This document shows, one piece after another, positions 35,796 through 45,553 of a DNA stretch of 64,000 nt. The position numbers and the translations under genes are program-made. Each line of letters opens with the position of its first letter. Position 1 is the stretch's first letter. The stretch covers positions 2,268,669 to 2,332,668 of the forward strand of contig OZ240221.1 in the NCBI GenBank assembly GCA_965197675.1. Reading direction: 5' to 3'. The stretch is from Dehalococcoidia bacterium (lineage in GTDB: Bacteria; Chloroflexota; Dehalococcoidia; Plut-88900). Under the pieces are notes generated by a model, which saw only the letters and a list, made by a program, of their open reading frames with translations, made no database searches and had not been told where the DNA came from.

Positions 35796-36545
35796 TTAAT
35801 GACCTCCATCTATCCGGGGTCGCTCAATAGTAACGGCCTCATCGAATCTCGAGAGGATGATAGTCCTTACAATGCCCTCCTCTTCCTCCTCGGTGATCCT
35901 CCCGTCCAGAGTGAGTTTTCGCACCAGGAAATCTTCTTGTCCAATCCATAGCTCGACCTCAAGAACGTTACCCTCTGTGGCCGAAGGCGAGATGGACTGC
36001 AGGTCTTCCGAGCGAACCATACCTCCCAAACGATAAACGGGAACCCCGCTCAAGGCCTCGATACTCAGTACAAAAGGGTTTGTAGCCGTGGTGATTATCG
36101 AGCCAACTCCATCCGCCGCATCGAAGAACCCTCCAACGGTGGTCGTGTCTGAAAGGTTCTCGAACTTCTGGGTGAAGGGGTTTGTCATGTAGATATCATC
36201 TCCCATGGTTATCGCCTCCACCTCAAAGAACAGTCCACTAGCCTTGGCCTCTATGGTGACGGCCATCCTGTCGGGAGCGACCACGTCACCCTCCACAGTC
36301 TCCATCTCAAGACCTAAGGCGATGGGCGTGGCACCCCCATCGTGAGTCATCTTGAAGTGAAAGGACTGCAGGATCTCGAACCTATCCGCAGCCCTGCTTA
36401 AAATCTCCTCGACTGACAGGCCTGTCTGTGTTGGAGTAGGAGTTGAATCCAAGCTGCAGGCATACGCTGAAAACAGAGACAGCGTCAGGACGACGGCGAC
36501 CGCACAGGTCAACATAATGTTAACGCGAAACGTCATCTCACTCAT
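35796..36545 (-). CDS. LppX/LprAFG (LprG-like) lipoprotein family protein
   Basis: Signal peptide ending ..SAYAC. Body pattern FHFKMTHDGG...GDDIYMTNPFT..F...VYRLGG.V....L......V.VELWIGQEDFLVRK. Lies directly upstream of the MFS gene. Confidence 0.6.
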   Translation of the reverse strand: MSEMTFRVNIMLTCAVAVVLTLSLFSAYACSLDSTPTPTQTGLSVEEILSRAADRFEILQSFHFKMTHDGGATPIALGLEMETVEGDVVAPDRMAVTIEAKASGLFFEVEAITMGDDIYMTNPFTQKFENLSDTTTVGGFFDAADGVGSIITTATNPFVLSIEALSGVPVYRLGGMVRSEDLQSISPSATEGNVLEVELWIGQEDFLVRKLTLDGRITEEEEEGIVRTIILSRFDEAVTIERPRIDGGH

Positions 36546-36645
36546 GTTAGCATCGCAAGGTCACGCCAACAACAATCACTCCTGTGCTAAAATAGGATCA
36601 ACCACCCTAAATACCATCGGAACCCTACCCAACGGTAAACAGCCA

Positions 36646-37302
36646 ATGTCAGACCCCAGCGTGCAGGCGCTCATACTAGTCGCTCTTGGCGGATATCTTA
36701 TCGGCTCCTTTCCTACCGCTCTCCTTGTGGTAAGGTGGCTAACCGGCAAAGATGTCAGGAGTCATGGCTCTGGAAACATAGGAACCCTCAACACTCTTCG
36801 CACCACCAACTCCAAGCCGCTCACCTTGCTGGTGCTGGTCGGAGATATAAGCAAGGGTGTTCTCTCCCTTATTCTTGGATATTTAGTAGCCGAGGCGTTC
36901 GACTACAAGTCCGAGCTGATAATGGAGTTCGGGGGCATAGCCGCTATAGTAGGTCACAACTACTCGGCTTTCTTGAAGCTGGGGGGAGGAAAAGGGCTGG
37001 CCACGGCGCTCCCAGTCCTCCTGTATCTTGAACCAACCCTGGTCGGCGTATGGCTGGGGACATTCTTCATTACGGTCGCCATAACTCGACTGCTGGTATT
37101 GGGACAGATCCTGGGAACCGTCGCTGTTCCCCTAGTGGCGTTGGCGGCATTCGATGACCGGATGATAGCAGTCGGACTCCTGGCTTTTCCCATATTCGTA
37201 AGACACGCTCCGCGCATTAAGAACATCATCAACGGTACTGAACCTAAGATGTTCTACAAAGTCAAAGGTGCAGACCAGGTCCAGTCAGGGGCTGGGGAAT
37301 AG
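36646..37302 (+). CDS. plsY: Glycerol-3-phosphate acyltransferase PlsY
   Basis: GSFPTALLV...HGSGNIGTLN motif. The ATG at 36646 is preferred over the track start at 36517, which would overlap the divergent gene. Confidence 0.85.
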   Translation: MSDPSVQALILVALGGYLIGSFPTALLVVRWLTGKDVRSHGSGNIGTLNTLRTTNSKPLTLLVLVGDISKGVLSLILGYLVAEAFDYKSELIMEFGGIAAIVGHNYSAFLKLGGGKGLATALPVLLYLEPTLVGVWLGTFFITVAITRLLVLGQILGTVAVPLVALAAFDDRMIAVGLLAFPIFVRHAPRIKNIINGTEPKMFYKVKGADQVQSGAGE

Positions 37303-37314
37303 ATAATTGACATA

Positions 37315-38652
37315 ATGAAAGTATTACTCATCATACCCGATGGTCTTGGAGACAGGCCTGCCGAAGAGTTGGAAGGTAAGACCCCCTTGGAGGCAGCCAA
37401 CACCCCCAACTTAGATATGCTGGCTGACGCCGGCATGAGTGGACAATACACGGTTTTCGCCCCTGGCATACCCGTAGGCAGTCCGATAGCCCTGCACGTC
37501 ATGATGGGCTACCCTGTCGATGAGTTCCCGGACAGAGGCGTACTCATATCAGTGGCCCGAGGACTGGAGACGAGCTACGAAGACGTGGTACTGGCCGCCC
37601 GATTCGCCAGCGTAGCTCATGGAGAGGGTCAGCTTCGCCTTCTATCTCGCTTCATCCGAGACGAAGAAGAGGCCTGCAAAGCTTTGGCAGCCTCCATAGA
37701 CCACTTCCAGACCGACGGCCTAACGTTCCGCTACCAGTATCACAGCAAAGGCGACGGCATACTGTTCATATCCGGAGATGCTAGCTCGGACGTGACCGAC
37801 TCGGATCCCCTGGGGTTGGATCTGCCGGTCATAAAGGTCCAACCCATGGAGAAGTCCCGAGACCCCATAGGAGCCCGCCGTACAGCCGTTGCCTTAAACC
37901 AATTCCTCTCCTGGGCTTACCGTGAGATGTGTAATCATTCCATATCTTCACAGAGGGAGAAGTTGGGAAAGACGCCTATTAATTTCCTAATTACCAAGTG
38001 GTCGGGCCAGCGAAGAATCTTTGAATCCTTCTCTGAAAGAACAGCTTTCAGGGCCGCCAGCATGCCCGACGAAGAGGTGGTCAAAGGGCTGGTCATGGAG
38101 ATGGGCATGAAACTGGTGGACATCCCCAGAGCCATAGGGCCAGAGGAAAATATTCGGCAGCGACTGCTCAAGGCCGAGGAGCTGTTTTCGCAGGGGTACG
38201 ACTTCATTCACCTCCATACCAAAGAGCCGGACTATATCTCTCACTGGTGCAACCCCCTGAAAACCAAGGAAGCGCTGGAGTCCTGGGACCGAGGGTTCGC
38301 TCGTTATTGGGAGGCCCTGGGGAAGGATGAGGACCTGCTGACCGTCTTCACCTCGGACCATTCCACGCCCAGTCAATGGGATGGCATGAAGCCCGGCGAC
38401 TTCAATGATCAGCATAGCGGCGAGCCCTGTCCGTTAATCATCAAAGGACGTCACGTGAGGCGAGATAGCATAGACAAGGTTGGCGAGAGATCTGCCGCCA
38501 AGGGGGGGTTGGGGTTGGTGAGAGGGAGCGAGCTTATGAACATTATGCTCAGCTTGACCGACCGGACTAACCTGTATGGAATGAGACCAACCCCAAAGGT
38601 TCACAGATATCGTCCCCGAGAAGTCGAACCCTTCAATATTCTACCAGAGTAG
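37315..38652 (+). CDS. Cofactor-independent phosphoglycerate mutase, archaeal ApgM-like (alkaline-phosphatase superfamily), divergent paralogue
   Basis: MKVLLIIPDGLGDRP...KTPLEAANTPNLDMLA...SDHSTP pattern; 445 aa. Confidence 0.65.
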   Translation: MKVLLIIPDGLGDRPAEELEGKTPLEAANTPNLDMLADAGMSGQYTVFAPGIPVGSPIALHVMMGYPVDEFPDRGVLISVARGLETSYEDVVLAARFASVAHGEGQLRLLSRFIRDEEEACKALAASIDHFQTDGLTFRYQYHSKGDGILFISGDASSDVTDSDPLGLDLPVIKVQPMEKSRDPIGARRTAVALNQFLSWAYREMCNHSISSQREKLGKTPINFLITKWSGQRRIFESFSERTAFRAASMPDEEVVKGLVMEMGMKLVDIPRAIGPEENIRQRLLKAEELFSQGYDFIHLHTKEPDYISHWCNPLKTKEALESWDRGFARYWEALGKDEDLLTVFTSDHSTPSQWDGMKPGDFNDQHSGEPCPLIIKGRHVRRDSIDKVGERSAAKGGLGLVRGSELMNIMLSLTDRTNLYGMRPTPKVHRYRPREVEPFNILPE

Positions 38653-39106
38653 TCTGCGGCCAGAACTCTAAATGCTAAAGAAGATATCATCTCAAATAGA
38701 AAGTGCTTTGCCAGCTAAAGAGTTACATGGAACACTTCAATACATTATGTAAAACCACTTCTATTCTGTGTGTATAACAGGACATAACATATATAGTGCG
38801 AACCACTTTCGAAAAGTATTTTTAGGCTATCCAAGTCGATCCAAAATAGTGTTCGCAAGCCCGCTAGTCAGAGAACTCGTAGCTAAAACATCACTTTTTA
38901 AGAGGACTCTGAGCCACTGTGGCTGCCGGCAGTGGTAAGCCGACAAGCCGTGATCCAAACAATCACCCGATGAGGCTGTTCTCCTACCTCTCCCTGCCCC
39001 TCCCCCGCTCTATTTTTCGAATTCATGTTCTGATTTTAGGGTATTTTCGAGGCGAATGTGGTGAACAACAGGCGAGAAGTGTCAACCAGACGTCATTGAG
39101 CAACAG

Positions 39107-39979
39107 CTATACTCGGCCAGCCATCCGGCGCAGTCGACGCACCCTCTCGGCGATAGGAGGATGGGTGCTGAACAAGCGGGCAACAGAGCTACCAGCCAAT
39201 GGATTAGCTATAAATAGATGAGACACGCCCTCGCTGACTTTCATTGGTCTCGCGTGAGAGCCTGCCTCCAGCTTCTCCAAGGCACTGGCTAAAGCCAAAG
39301 GATTGCCGCCCAGCCTGCTTCCGGAGGCGTCGGCCTGATACTCTCGAGTCCGGGATATGGCCAGCTTGATTATCATAGCAGCGATGGGAATGAGAATGGC
39401 CATCAACAGCATGACAGCCATCCCCGCCATCCCACCACCCCTGTCCCTGCCGAAACTTCCGAAGAAGGCGGAGAATCTGAGCCAGAAGGCGATCATCGTC
39501 ATTATCCCGGCCATGGTGGCCACGATGGACATGATCAGAACATCCCGGTTTCTGATGTGGGAGAACTCGTGGGCCATCACACCCTCCAGCTCCTCCTCGG
39601 TCAGCAGACGCATGATACCTGTCGTCGCCGCCACTGCTGCGTGATTGGGACTGCGCCCCGTCGCAAAGGCATTGGGAGAATCGCTCTGTACCACGTGCAC
39701 CTTCGGTTTGGGCATCTGCATCCTGGCGGCCATCCGATCCACGATACGATGCAGTGTGGGCTCTTCTCCCTCGGTTACTGGTTTGGCTCCCGCCATCTTC
39801 AAGGCCAGCTTATCACTCCACCAATAGGAACCGAAATTCAGGGCCACCGCAATGGCTAAAAATATGACCATTCCACCAAGACGGTCATCGCGACCATCAA
39901 CATGCCTGTTTTCAAAGTGTTCACTACAATTTCCCTTTATTTCAGGAATTAGCCCGCTAGATAGATTATAACTCGCCAT
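39107..39979 (-). CDS. htpX: Zinc metalloprotease HtpX (M48)
   Basis: HEFSHIRNRD motif, NFGSYWWSDK N-terminal region, C-terminal STHPPI.ERV. The N-terminus and start are uncertain. Confidence 0.85.
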   Translation of the reverse strand: MASYNLSSGLIPEIKGNCSEHFENRHVDGRDDRLGGMVIFLAIAVALNFGSYWWSDKLALKMAGAKPVTEGEEPTLHRIVDRMAARMQMPKPKVHVVQSDSPNAFATGRSPNHAAVAATTGIMRLLTEEELEGVMAHEFSHIRNRDVLIMSIVATMAGIMTMIAFWLRFSAFFGSFGRDRGGGMAGMAVMLLMAILIPIAAMIIKLAISRTREYQADASGSRLGGNPLALASALEKLEAGSHARPMKVSEGVSHLFIANPLAGSSVARLFSTHPPIAERVRRLRRMAGRV

Positions 39980-40018
39980 GAATAACGAAGCTTCCGTAGT
40001 TTAGGTATTGCTCATGGA

Positions 40019-40939
40019 CTAGTTCCCAGGGGCAGGCTGTTTGCTGGCCCATATAAAAGCGAAGGAGAGGAACTCCTGTTGCAGCCTGCTGATGAGGTGA
40101 TTCTCAAGGTAGATCACGTAGAGGTCACGCTTTAGAGGGACCCCATCGATTCGGAGGGCCCTGATGCGCCCGCACTCAATGCTTTTCTGGGCTGCGAAGA
40201 CGGAGACAAAAGCCACACCAAGACCCGCCTCCACCGCTGAGACGATGGCCTGAGTGCTGCCGAAGGTCATGGCCCGCTGCCACTGCCCGCCATCGAGACC
40301 GGCCTGTTGCAGGATTTGTCGAGCGCTCCTCATAGTCCCAGAGCCGGCTTCTCGGGCTATCAGCTTCTCTCCCTCCAGATCTGACACGGAAACCCCGGGG
40401 TAATTCGTAAGAGGGTGACCCATCGGCACTATCAGGACCAGTTCGTCGCTCAGAAGCTCGGCTCGTTTCAAACCTCTGCCTTCCACTATAGCCCCTATGA
40501 AACCCACGTCACACTCTCCTGACATCACCATCTCGGCCACCGCATCTGTGTCACCAATCAAAACGGAGGCCTCTACTCCCGGGTGAAGCTCGATGAAATC
40601 TCCTAGCAACCGAGGCAGGATATATTCACCGGGTACCGTGCTGGCTCCGAGGACCAGCTTGCCACTTACGGTGCCTGTTAGGCCCTGAAGCCTTTCGGTG
40701 AGCTTAATTTCCTCCGACAGCACCTTCAAAGCGAAACCGTGAAACTCCTCTCCCGCAGTGGTCATGGCAGCTCCACTCTCCTTACGGTCCAGCAGGTAGA
40801 CCCCCATATCTCGCTCCAACTTCTGAATCTGATGACTTACGGCCGGTTGGGTTATACCAAGGTGTTTTGCCGCCTCAGAGAAGCTTTCCCGTTTCACCAC
40901 CTCCACATAGGTACGAAGATGTTCCAGGTTCATAACCAT
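40019..40939 (-). CDS. LysR family transcriptional regulator
   Basis: N-terminal HTH FSEAAKHLGITQPAVSHQIQKLE; 306 aa; divergent from the ABC transporter operon. Confidence 0.9.
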   Translation of the reverse strand: MVMNLEHLRTYVEVVKRESFSEAAKHLGITQPAVSHQIQKLERDMGVYLLDRKESGAAMTTAGEEFHGFALKVLSEEIKLTERLQGLTGTVSGKLVLGASTVPGEYILPRLLGDFIELHPGVEASVLIGDTDAVAEMVMSGECDVGFIGAIVEGRGLKRAELLSDELVLIVPMGHPLTNYPGVSVSDLEGEKLIAREAGSGTMRSARQILQQAGLDGGQWQRAMTFGSTQAIVSAVEAGLGVAFVSVFAAQKSIECGRIRALRIDGVPLKRDLYVIYLENHLISRLQQEFLSFAFIWASKQPAPGN

Positions 40940-41053
40940 ACTATATTAATAAAATTTTTTGATGTTGACAATTAATAATCCTTATGATAACGTCCGTTGT
41001 CCAAAAGATTAAACAAGTTGACCTGATAGTTTCGATGAGGAGTCGCGAAGAGT

Positions 41054-41917
41054 ATGAATAAACTGGCGGGCCTGTTCGTACTCGTGAACCTGACCCTCTT
41101 TGTGGCCTGTGGTGACTCAGATTCAAAGGAGACCTTTTACTTCAGCGGCATTCCGGACCAGGATGCCGCCAGACTATCTCGGCGATATGATGAATTCTCC
41201 GATTACCTGAGCGGACAATTGGGTGTGACCGTGAAGTACAAGCCAGCGGTGGATTACGCCGCCGTGGTCACGGCTTTTGACAACGGAGACATTCAGATGG
41301 GCTGGTTCGGTGGATTGACTGGAGTTCAGGCCCGTCTTACCGTGCCCGATTCCCAAGCCATCGCTCAGCGACCTCGAGACGCCGAGTTCCACTCCAGGTT
41401 CATCGTTCAGTCGAGGCTGGAGGTGGATAGTTTGGAGGACCTGAAGGGTCTCAGCTTTACCTTCGGCGACGAGAACTCTACGTCGGGACACCTCATGCCT
41501 CGCCACTTTTTGCTGCAGGCTGGTGTAGATCCCGAGGGGGACTTTCCTGGAGGCCCCAACTTCTCCGGCTCCCATGACCTTACCTGGAAGCTGGTGGAGA
41601 GTGGAGCATTTCAGGCGGGAGCCTTAAACGAGACTGTATGGCAGAGCGCAGTAGATGAAGGGAAGGTAGACCTGACCAAGGTGAGGGAGTTTCACACAAC
41701 ACCTGGCTATTACGACTACAACTGGACCATCAGAGGAGATGCCGATGAGACCTTCGGTGAGGGTTTCACAGACAAAGTTAAGAAGATCCTAATCTCTATC
41801 GGGGCCGACAGACAGGACATACTGGACCTGTTCGATACTGAAAGTTTCATCGAATCGGACAACGAAAACTATCACGCTATAAGGGAGGTGGCCGAACAGG
41901 TAGGCATCATCAAATGA
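41054..41917 (+). CDS. phnD: PhnD-family ABC transporter substrate-binding protein (phosphonate/phosphite-type; ligand unknown)
   Basis: Signal/lipobox-like LFVAC, then FSGIPDQD......Y..F..YL...LG..V...P..DYAAVV.AF..G.....WFGG. Confidence 0.7.
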   Translation: MNKLAGLFVLVNLTLFVACGDSDSKETFYFSGIPDQDAARLSRRYDEFSDYLSGQLGVTVKYKPAVDYAAVVTAFDNGDIQMGWFGGLTGVQARLTVPDSQAIAQRPRDAEFHSRFIVQSRLEVDSLEDLKGLSFTFGDENSTSGHLMPRHFLLQAGVDPEGDFPGGPNFSGSHDLTWKLVESGAFQAGALNETVWQSAVDEGKVDLTKVREFHTTPGYYDYNWTIRGDADETFGEGFTDKVKKILISIGADRQDILDLFDTESFIESDNENYHAIREVAEQVGIIK

Positions 41918-42705
41918 GCTTCAATCTCGATGGTAGAAGGGCCATGTTCGTCCTCGAAGACGTAAGCAAAAGCTATCCAAGTGTGGTAGCTCTTCACCAC
42001 CTATCCCTGACCATACCAAGAGGGGAAAGAGTGGCTATCGTTGGTCCCAGCGGGAGTGGAAAGACTACTCTGCTCCACCTTTTGGGCGGAGTTATTCAAC
42101 CTGACGAGGGTCGAGTCCACGTAGATAATCGTCTGATGACAAACTTATCCGCTGGGCGCGAACTGGCAACCCTGATAGGACTGATTCACCAGCAGTTTGA
42201 TCTCGTGCCCAGGCTGAGCGTGGCCCATAACGTTATGGCCGGACGACTGGGCTACTGGAGCTTTTGGAGATCCTTGCTATCCCTAGTGAGACTACAAGAA
42301 AAACACCTCGCCCTGGCTGCATTGCAAAGAACGGGAATAGAGCACAAGCTGAGCGAAAGAGTATCTCGACTTTCAGGCGGCGAGCAGCAGCGAGTAGCTA
42401 TCGCTCGTCTGTTGGTGCAAGACCCCCAGGTTATCATCGCTGACGAGCCAGTAGCATCCCTGGACCCAAGCCGCTCGGAGGACATCATGAAGCTCCTGGG
42501 AGATATCGTACAGGAATCGGGAAAAACCTTAGTAGCCAGCCTCCACTCGATGGATTTGGTTAGAGCTCATTTCTCTCGGGTAATCGGGCTACGATCAGGA
42601 CGCCTCTCCTTCTATGTACCGGTTTCTAAGCTTACAACAGAGATGCTGAAAACACTCTACGACCTAGAAGAGCCGAGGGGTGACGTTCTTGCTTCGGTCT
42701 CTTGA
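41914..42705 (+). CDS. phnC: Phosphonate-type ABC transporter ATP-binding protein
   Basis: Walker A GPSGSGKTT, signature LSGGEQQR, Walker B IIADEP. ATGA overlap with the preceding gene. Confidence 0.8.
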   Translation: MSFNLDGRRAMFVLEDVSKSYPSVVALHHLSLTIPRGERVAIVGPSGSGKTTLLHLLGGVIQPDEGRVHVDNRLMTNLSAGRELATLIGLIHQQFDLVPRLSVAHNVMAGRLGYWSFWRSLLSLVRLQEKHLALAALQRTGIEHKLSERVSRLSGGEQQRVAIARLLVQDPQVIIADEPVASLDPSRSEDIMKLLGDIVQESGKTLVASLHSMDLVRAHFSRVIGLRSGRLSFYVPVSKLTTEMLKTLYDLEEPRGDVLASVS

Positions 42706-43474
42706 GAACCGAGGCTTCCTGACCCTTCTTCTGCTGGGAGCCATCGGGTGGAGCCTCTACAACGTCGGCTGGACCGATCGTATCGTTAACACCGGGGGAG
42801 GATCAGCACTCCTGGATCTGCTTCGAACTCTCTTCAACCCAGAGCTTTCTCCTTCATTCCTCGAGATCGCCTTAGAGGCCACCTGGATAACCCTCGCATA
42901 CTCGGTAGCCGGCACCACTCTTGCTATAGCGATTGGCCTTCCGCTGGGGGTATTGGCCTCAGGGGCCTTGGTAAAAGCAGCCTCCAACAAACGGAACATG
43001 ATGGTGGGTACCAGGGTGTTTCTCGCAGTCATCCGCTCCATCCACGAACTGATCTGGGCCTGGTTCTTCGTAGTCGCTATAGGTCTGTCTCCCATGGCGG
43101 GAATTATGGGTCTGGCCATCCCTTACGGTGGCATTCTCGGCCGTATCTACGCCGACATCCTCAACGATGTTCGGGAAGAGCCTTTGAGGGCGCTTAGAAC
43201 CTCTGGCGCCTCCGAGTGGAAAGTGCTCGTGTACGGTCGGCTACCAATTGCTTTACCTGATATGCTCAGCTACACTCTCTATCGCTTCGAGTGCGCAATC
43301 AGGGCTGCCGCCATCCTGGGTTTTGTCGGGATAAAAGGTCTGGGATTTCAGATACAGCTCTCTCTGGATGACCTGCTGTTCGACGAAGTCTGGACTCTCC
43401 TCTTCTTCCTCATCGGGCTCGTTGTCCTAGTCGATCTGTGGAGCAGTCTGCTGCGCAGGAGGCTGGTGACGTGA
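42680..43474 (+). CDS. phnE: Phosphonate-type ABC transporter permease
   Basis: 264 aa, six hydrophobic segments, PhnE-like EAA loop region (LRTSGAS.W..LVYGRLP). Confidence 0.75.
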   Translation: MTFLLRSLENRGFLTLLLLGAIGWSLYNVGWTDRIVNTGGGSALLDLLRTLFNPELSPSFLEIALEATWITLAYSVAGTTLAIAIGLPLGVLASGALVKAASNKRNMMVGTRVFLAVIRSIHELIWAWFFVVAIGLSPMAGIMGLAIPYGGILGRIYADILNDVREEPLRALRTSGASEWKVLVYGRLPIALPDMLSYTLYRFECAIRAAAILGFVGIKGLGFQIQLSLDDLLFDEVWTLLFFLIGLVVLVDLWSSLLRRRLVT

Positions 43475-44349
43475 ACCGCATCCTGGAAGCCCCATCACGA
43501 CCGCGATTTCTCAGGTTGCCGCGCGTTGGTGTCATCAAAGGCTCTCTGATGGGGGTAGCGATTCTTGTCCTCGTCTCCTGGTCATACATCCTGGTTCAGG
43601 ACGAGAGTGGGGTGGGCGCTCTACTTGACCCTGAAGCGTGGCTAGACGGCTTTGGATTCGTGGGTGACCTGCTGGGCATTGGAGAAGATGGAACTCCTGC
43701 CTTCTTCCAATGGGACTCCTGGGTGGAGGCAGGGAGGTTGGCCTACAAGACCCTGGCCATGAGCATACTGGCGGCGGTATTTGCCGGAATGGCGGTACTG
43801 CTAACATTCTTGCCAGGGGCCAGAAACGTAGCCTTTGGAGAGCTGAGCTCTGCCCATCCTCTACTCAGGTACACCCTATTTTTCCTAGTCAGAGGTCTCT
43901 TCATCTTCTCACGAGCAGTGCCGGAGCTGATATGGGCCATGATAATCATCTTCGTCCTATCACCGGGTATTCTCCCAGGCGCAGTGGCGCTGGCCATTCA
44001 CAACTACGGTATTCTGGGTAAGCTCTGCGCAGAGGTGGTGGAGGATCTGGACCATCGCCCCGCCAGAGCTTTACGCTCGACTGGGGCAGGCAATTTCCAG
44101 ATGCTGTTCTATGGCGTCCTTCCTCAGGTAATGCCCCAGTTCACCACTTACCTGCTCTACAGGTGGGAAGTGATCATCCGCACGACGATTATCGTTGGGC
44201 TTGTTAGCGCTGGTGGTCTGGGCAGGGAATTCCGACTGAGCATGAGCTTCTTCCACTATACTGATGTCGCTCTACTGCTCTTCTGGTATGTACTGCTGGT
44301 GCTGACGGTGGACTTGATCAGCGCTTGGTTGCGGCGCCTGGCGAAGTAG
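43471..44349 (+). CDS. phnE: Phosphonate-type ABC transporter permease (second copy)
   Basis: ALRSTGAGNFQMLFYGVLPQV loop. I prefer the GTG at 43471, which overlaps the upstream TGA (GTGA). The track start is 43438. Confidence 0.7.
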   Translation: MNRILEAPSRPRFLRLPRVGVIKGSLMGVAILVLVSWSYILVQDESGVGALLDPEAWLDGFGFVGDLLGIGEDGTPAFFQWDSWVEAGRLAYKTLAMSILAAVFAGMAVLLTFLPGARNVAFGELSSAHPLLRYTLFFLVRGLFIFSRAVPELIWAMIIIFVLSPGILPGAVALAIHNYGILGKLCAEVVEDLDHRPARALRSTGAGNFQMLFYGVLPQVMPQFTTYLLYRWEVIIRTTIIVGLVSAGGLGREFRLSMSFFHYTDVALLLFWYVLLVLTVDLISAWLRRLAK

Positions 44350-44360
44350 AAGCAGGCCCC

Positions 44361-45464
44361 CTAGACTCGCTCCACAACAGCGCCCACCTCGGCTAGTTTC
44401 TCCACCATCTTGGAACAGAGAGTATCCAGACCCCATCCGTGCAACGCCGAGATACCCACCACGTCGCCCCTTAGCCGAATCTCCTCTAGGGCGTCCAGGG
44501 TTGGCGGCCGACCATCTCCCGACTTGAACCCGTCCTGTGGTAACAGGTCCGTCTTGTTAAATACAATCACAATAGGCTTGGTAGATACCTCTAAGCTCTC
44601 CAGAATCTTCTCCACTTCGCGCACTTGTTCCGAGGCGTTGGGATGGGTAGCATCCACCATGTGGAGCAGAAGGTCGGCGTCAGATAGCTCTTCCAAAGTG
44701 GCGCGGAAGGCCGCTATCAATATGGGAGGCAGTTTCTGAATAAATCCCACCGTATCGGTCAAAAGCACCTCGGTACCCAGTCCCAGAGACAACCGTCGGG
44801 TGACGGGGTCCAGGGTTGCAAAGGGTTTGTTTTCGGCTAGGACGTTGGCGTTGGTGAGGTGATTCAACAGAGTGCTTTTACCTGAGTTTGTGTAACCTAC
44901 CAAGGCTACGACTATGCTGCCTCTCCGTTTTCGGTCCGTCCTGTAAAGGCTCCGGTGTTTCCTGATAGCTTCAATCTGTTGCTTGAGACGGTGGATTTTG
45001 TTTCTTATCAGCCGTCGGTCTGTCTCCAACTGAGATTCCCCGGGGCCTCTTGTGCCGATGCCGCCACCCAACCTCTCCAGGTGGCTCCATTGGCCAGCCA
45101 ATCGGGGAAGTAGGTATTCGTGCTGGGCCAGCTCTACCTGCAACCTGCCCTCCCGGGTTCGCGCCCTACGACCGAATACATCCAATATAAGCGCCGTACG
45201 GTCGATTATCTTGACCTTGAGTGCGCTCTCCAAAGTCCTCTGCTGAGAAGGTGAAAGCTCGTCATCGGCTATGACGACATCGTAGGGAACGGCACTCTTC
45301 AGCTGTTTTAGCTCTTCCAGCTTCCCCTTGCCAAGATAGGAGGGGCTAGGTCGGTCCAAGTGTTGGGTTAGAGTTCCAACTACCTCGGCACCCACGCTTC
45401 GGGCTAGCTGTCCCAACTCTTCTAGGGAGTCTTCCAGGGCCCAAAACCTGTTAGACCTTCTCAC
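44361..45464 (-). CDS. hflX: GTPase HflX (true start probably upstream of the first canonical start)
   Basis: G1 GYTNSGKST, G3 DTVGF, G4 NKTD. The conserved N-terminal ERALLTGV motif lies in frame upstream of 45464. Confidence 0.85.
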   Translation of the reverse strand: MRRSNRFWALEDSLEELGQLARSVGAEVVGTLTQHLDRPSPSYLGKGKLEELKQLKSAVPYDVVIADDELSPSQQRTLESALKVKIIDRTALILDVFGRRARTREGRLQVELAQHEYLLPRLAGQWSHLERLGGGIGTRGPGESQLETDRRLIRNKIHRLKQQIEAIRKHRSLYRTDRKRRGSIVVALVGYTNSGKSTLLNHLTNANVLAENKPFATLDPVTRRLSLGLGTEVLLTDTVGFIQKLPPILIAAFRATLEELSDADLLLHMVDATHPNASEQVREVEKILESLEVSTKPIVIVFNKTDLLPQDGFKSGDGRPPTLDALEEIRLRGDVVGISALHGWGLDTLCSKMVEKLAEVGAVVERV

Positions 45465-45553
45465 GGAAACCCCTGTGAGGAGAGCTCTTTCCGGTGGAGG
45501 ATATGTAGAGGAAGTATACCGAGTGATAGATGCCTCCTGATCTCGCGCGTCTA

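Noticed and set aside
40940-41053. Sigma70 promoter or LysR box in the AT-rich divergent region between the LysR gene and phnD
   Set aside because: A TTGACA is present at 40965-40970, but I could not find a convincing -10 hexamer at 16-18 nt spacing or a clean T-N11-A dyad. The evidence is too weak to annotate.
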